DNA of 44,372 nt from an uncultured Candidatus Saccharibacteria bacterium (GTDB taxonomy: Bacteria > Patescibacteriota > Minisyncoccia > Phycocordibacterales > UBA12088), in the NCBI GenBank assembly GCA_964459075.1, contig CAYWKE010000004.1, positions 1 through 44,372 of the forward strand, in the 5' to 3' direction. Made by a program: the position numbers and the translations under genes. Positions 42,239 to 44,372 of this stretch are shown in pieces. Under the pieces are notes generated by a model. That model had not been told where the DNA came from, did not search any database, and saw nothing but the letters and a program-made list of their open reading frames with translations. Each line of letters opens with the position of its first letter. Position 1 is the stretch's first letter.

Positions 42239-43162
42239 TTAGGGTGTGACGGAGAGGAGGAGCCACGTCCCGTAGCCGGTCACCACCATCGCCAGAAGCT
42301 TCTGGGCAACATTAAAGCGCGTCAATCGTTCTTGGTAGATGTGTGGATAGACAAGGGTGAGGAAGACGCCAATGAGAAAAACGAAGAACGTTTGGAACGA
42401 TTGCCCAAGTAGTATGAGCGTGACTGGAGCGAGCATGACCGCGAACGCGACCGTGATATTCCCGATCATGTATAAGGATTCGTTGGTTACGTTGAGGCCG
42501 AGAATAGCGGCTGAATTCTTTCTCAATGCTATAAGGAAGTGGTGTCGATATGAACGGATGCAGGTAAAAAGAAAGATACCGATCAGAACTAGCATGAGGT
42601 GCTCCCAAAAAAGTGAGCGCCACACATCTTCCTCAAGCGCCACATACTTGAAAAGCACTGATTCAAGCGCCCACGAGAGCGCGGCGAGGGTCATAAAGAC
42701 GACAGTCCCGGTTCGCAGTTTGAAAGCGTTATCCTCATCCAGCTCGAACGAGATGAGCGTCGTGCCGAGGATGACGATCCCCATTGCGAAGAGCTGGGTC
42801 GTCGTAAGGGTCTCTCCGAGAATGACATACCCGAGACCTAACGCAAAGACTGGGACGAGCTGGTAAAAGACGATAATGATGGAGGGCTCATCTCCTTGGA
42901 GAGCGAGGAGGTAGAACCAAAGTATTGCTAGGTCAAGGAGGCCGACGGTGGCTAGAATTACGATGCGGTATGGGTCGACCGATAGTACCTCGGGGTCAGC
43001 AATAAGGATGATCGGGAGCGCAAGTATGGAAAGCAATGACGAGAACAGAACAAGCGTGCCTATGCCCCCCTCTTTGAAATACTTCGAAAGCAACCCTTTA
43101 TCAATGTGGTTCGTGATCGCGTAGAGAAACGGCGCTACGAGTGCAAGAAGAAACCAGGTCAT
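42239..43162 (-). CDS. EamA/DMT-family transporter
   Basis: 10 TM segments in two EamA-like halves. Start at MTWFLLAL (43162). Confidence 0.83.
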   Translation of the reverse strand: MTWFLLALVAPFLYAITNHIDKGLLSKYFKEGGIGTLVLFSSLLSILALPIILIADPEVLSVDPYRIVILATVGLLDLAILWFYLLALQGDEPSIIIVFYQLVPVFALGLGYVILGETLTTTQLFAMGIVILGTTLISFELDEDNAFKLRTGTVVFMTLAALSWALESVLFKYVALEEDVWRSLFWEHLMLVLIGIFLFTCIRSYRHHFLIALRKNSAAILGLNVTNESLYMIGNITVAFAVMLAPVTLILLGQSFQTFFVFLIGVFLTLVYPHIYQERLTRFNVAQKLLAMVVTGYGTWLLLSVTP

Positions 43163-43170
43163 ACTGGAGA

Positions 43171-43176
43171 AGTATA
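43171..43176 (-). promoter_or_regulatory. -10 TATACT 8 nt upstream of the EamA ATG, inside the 3' end of the purD-like gene
   Basis: Minus strand reads CACGTATACTTCTCCAGT then ATG. Confidence 0.4.
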
Positions 43177-43191
43177 CGTGATACAAACCAC

Positions 43192-44372
43192 CTAGAGATA
43201 CCCCCACTCTTGCAGCTGCTTCTCCTCACGCTGTAAGAACCGGTCCCCGATGTCGGTTCGGTAGAACGCCTTAGGAATGTGAATGGCCTCCACGAGGTCG
43301 TAGGCGTGCTTCTGTGCCGCTTTGACCGATTTACCAGAGCCGGTGACGTAGAGGACGTAGCCGTGGCGTCCTGCGAGGTAGTAGTGACCTTCGGGATGCC
43401 GTGCGACTTCCTCGAAGTGGATGCGACGGCGCTCTTCCTGAGTAAGCTCTCGGTTGAAGAACAGTCTCGTACCCTTCATCGATACTCGGCCAAGTCCCGT
43501 CGGGGGGTACGGGTTCGGGGGGACGGCCATCGTGACCACGATACCTTTATGACCTGCTTTATGCTTCAGATCGTACTCCTTGCCTGCGGCGACAGCACTA
43601 AGAAATTCACCCCACGGTGAGAGGTGCAGCTCGGTTTGCAGTTCGGTCGAGGGCGTGCCAAAGCGGGCGGTGAACTCAAGGGGCCATATCCCCTCCTGGT
43701 TGACGATACATCCTACATCAATGTCGCCCCGAAAATCGATCGCACGTAGGTGGGGAACGAGGGGTGAAAGTATCGACGTGAACAGCGGGTTGCGCTCATC
43801 GGTGTACCACATCAAGGTACCCATCTCACCGGTCATGGGGCCGATGTCACCGTTGTGGAGCGCCTTGTGCTCACAATTGATCTCGACCGGTCCCACCCAG
43901 TCGAGCCCGTTGAAGTAGCGACCTACACCCACCTCGACTCCCGCAACCGTGCGCTGCAGATGTATGCTTCCCCGGTATGACCCCTTGTATGATTCAAGCA
44001 TGCTGATGACGTCAGCACCCGTAGGGTCGCGCCCTACGTAGTTGAACATGCCGATGTGGTCATTCTGCTTGATGACCCACGCTGATGGGTGCTGCTGTAC
44101 GAATTCGATGGCATGATCGAGCGTCGGTAGATCGTAACTGGGGAGGGTGGGGATGCCGTGCTGGGCGAGGATGTGTTGCGCGTGCTGGCGTTCAAGCTCG
44201 AGGCGGTCACCCCCAGCACTTCCCCCCACGACGCGGTAGCCCGCTTTTCGTAAGCGATCCTGGGCCGCTCCATAGATGACGTCATCGAAAACGATAAGAC
44301 CCTCCGCTCCAACCCAGGAGAGCTCACGTCGCCAGTCAGTAGTTTTTGTGACGATCCCGTCAAGGCATTCCC
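43192..44372 (-). CDS. purD: Phosphoribosylamine--glycine ligase-like ATP-grasp enzyme, 5' end outside the window
   Basis: EHKALHNGDIGPMTGEMG aligns with PurD QDHKR..D.GPNTGGMG. EFTARFGTPSTE aligns with EFNCRFGDPETQ, and the C-terminal GRHGYVLYVTGSGKSVKAAQKHAY...YRTDIG with the PurD C-domain. The frame stays open to position 44372. Confidence 0.8.
   Translation of the reverse strand, partial: ECLDGIVTKTTDWRRELSWVGAEGLIVFDDVIYGAAQDRLRKAGYRVVGGSAGGDRLELERQHAQHILAQHGIPTLPSYDLPTLDHAIEFVQQHPSAWVIKQNDHIGMFNYVGRDPTGADVISMLESYKGSYRGSIHLQRTVAGVEVGVGRYFNGLDWVGPVEINCEHKALHNGDIGPMTGEMGTLMWYTDERNPLFTSILSPLVPHLRAIDFRGDIDVGCIVNQEGIWPLEFTARFGTPSTELQTELHLSPWGEFLSAVAAGKEYDLKHKAGHKGIVVTMAVPPNPYPPTGLGRVSMKGTRLFFNRELTQEERRRIHFEEVARHPEGHYYLAGRHGYVLYVTGSGKSVKAAQKHAYDLVEAIHIPKAFYRTDIGDRFLQREEKQLQEWGYL

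Overview
High-GC, gene-dense bacterial chromosome segment with about 46 protein genes. TAA, TAG and TGA all terminate recognisable genes, so the standard code applies. No rRNA, tRNA or CRISPR was found. The gene content looks like a small-genome Patescibacteria/CPR-type organism (inference only): archaeal-type AspRS, DUF3467, a sunset-motif protein, many envelope proteases and very short intergenic regions. Housekeeping content includes rplU, glmS, htrA-like, recR, dnaB, cysS, corA, ctpA, rplI and rpmA. A sugar-oxidation block follows: GH15, zwf, unknown, gnd, pgl, LOG, pgi, nudix, ROK kinase. Further along are a tyrosine recombinase, an M23 peptidase, gltX, murG-ftsW-mraY, a CaCA antiporter, a DD-carboxypeptidase, scpBA, an MFS transporter, aspS, an S51 peptidase, trpS, an orphan histidine kinase, an EamA transporter and a purD-like gene cut by the window edge. 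Main hunt results: (1) The 600-nt gap between trpS and the S51-peptidase/aspS operon carries a canonical T-box sequence with mutually exclusive antiterminator and terminator pairings. Its UGGC bulge and a GAA-GAC-A string point to tRNA-Asp sensing. (2) The recombinase gene is preceded by two perfect tandem 82-bp repeats, each made of two ~38-nt near-perfect palindromes sharing an ATACG centre. A related palindrome lies downstream of the gene and a decayed HAD-hydrolase pseudogene lies next to it. (3) At least a dozen transcription units have a -10 box (often TGnTAnnCT) only 6-9 nt upstream of the ATG and no Shine-Dalgarno, which implies leaderless mRNAs. Several share a CTAGAGC string. (4) Smaller oddities include a (TAGGCNN)x5 heptamer array at the peptidase/aspS junction, an unknown gene in the pentose-phosphate operon with HAD motifs in permuted order, and a Cys-rich protein translationally coupled to the kinase. 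All structure and family calls come from reading the sequence; no searches were run.
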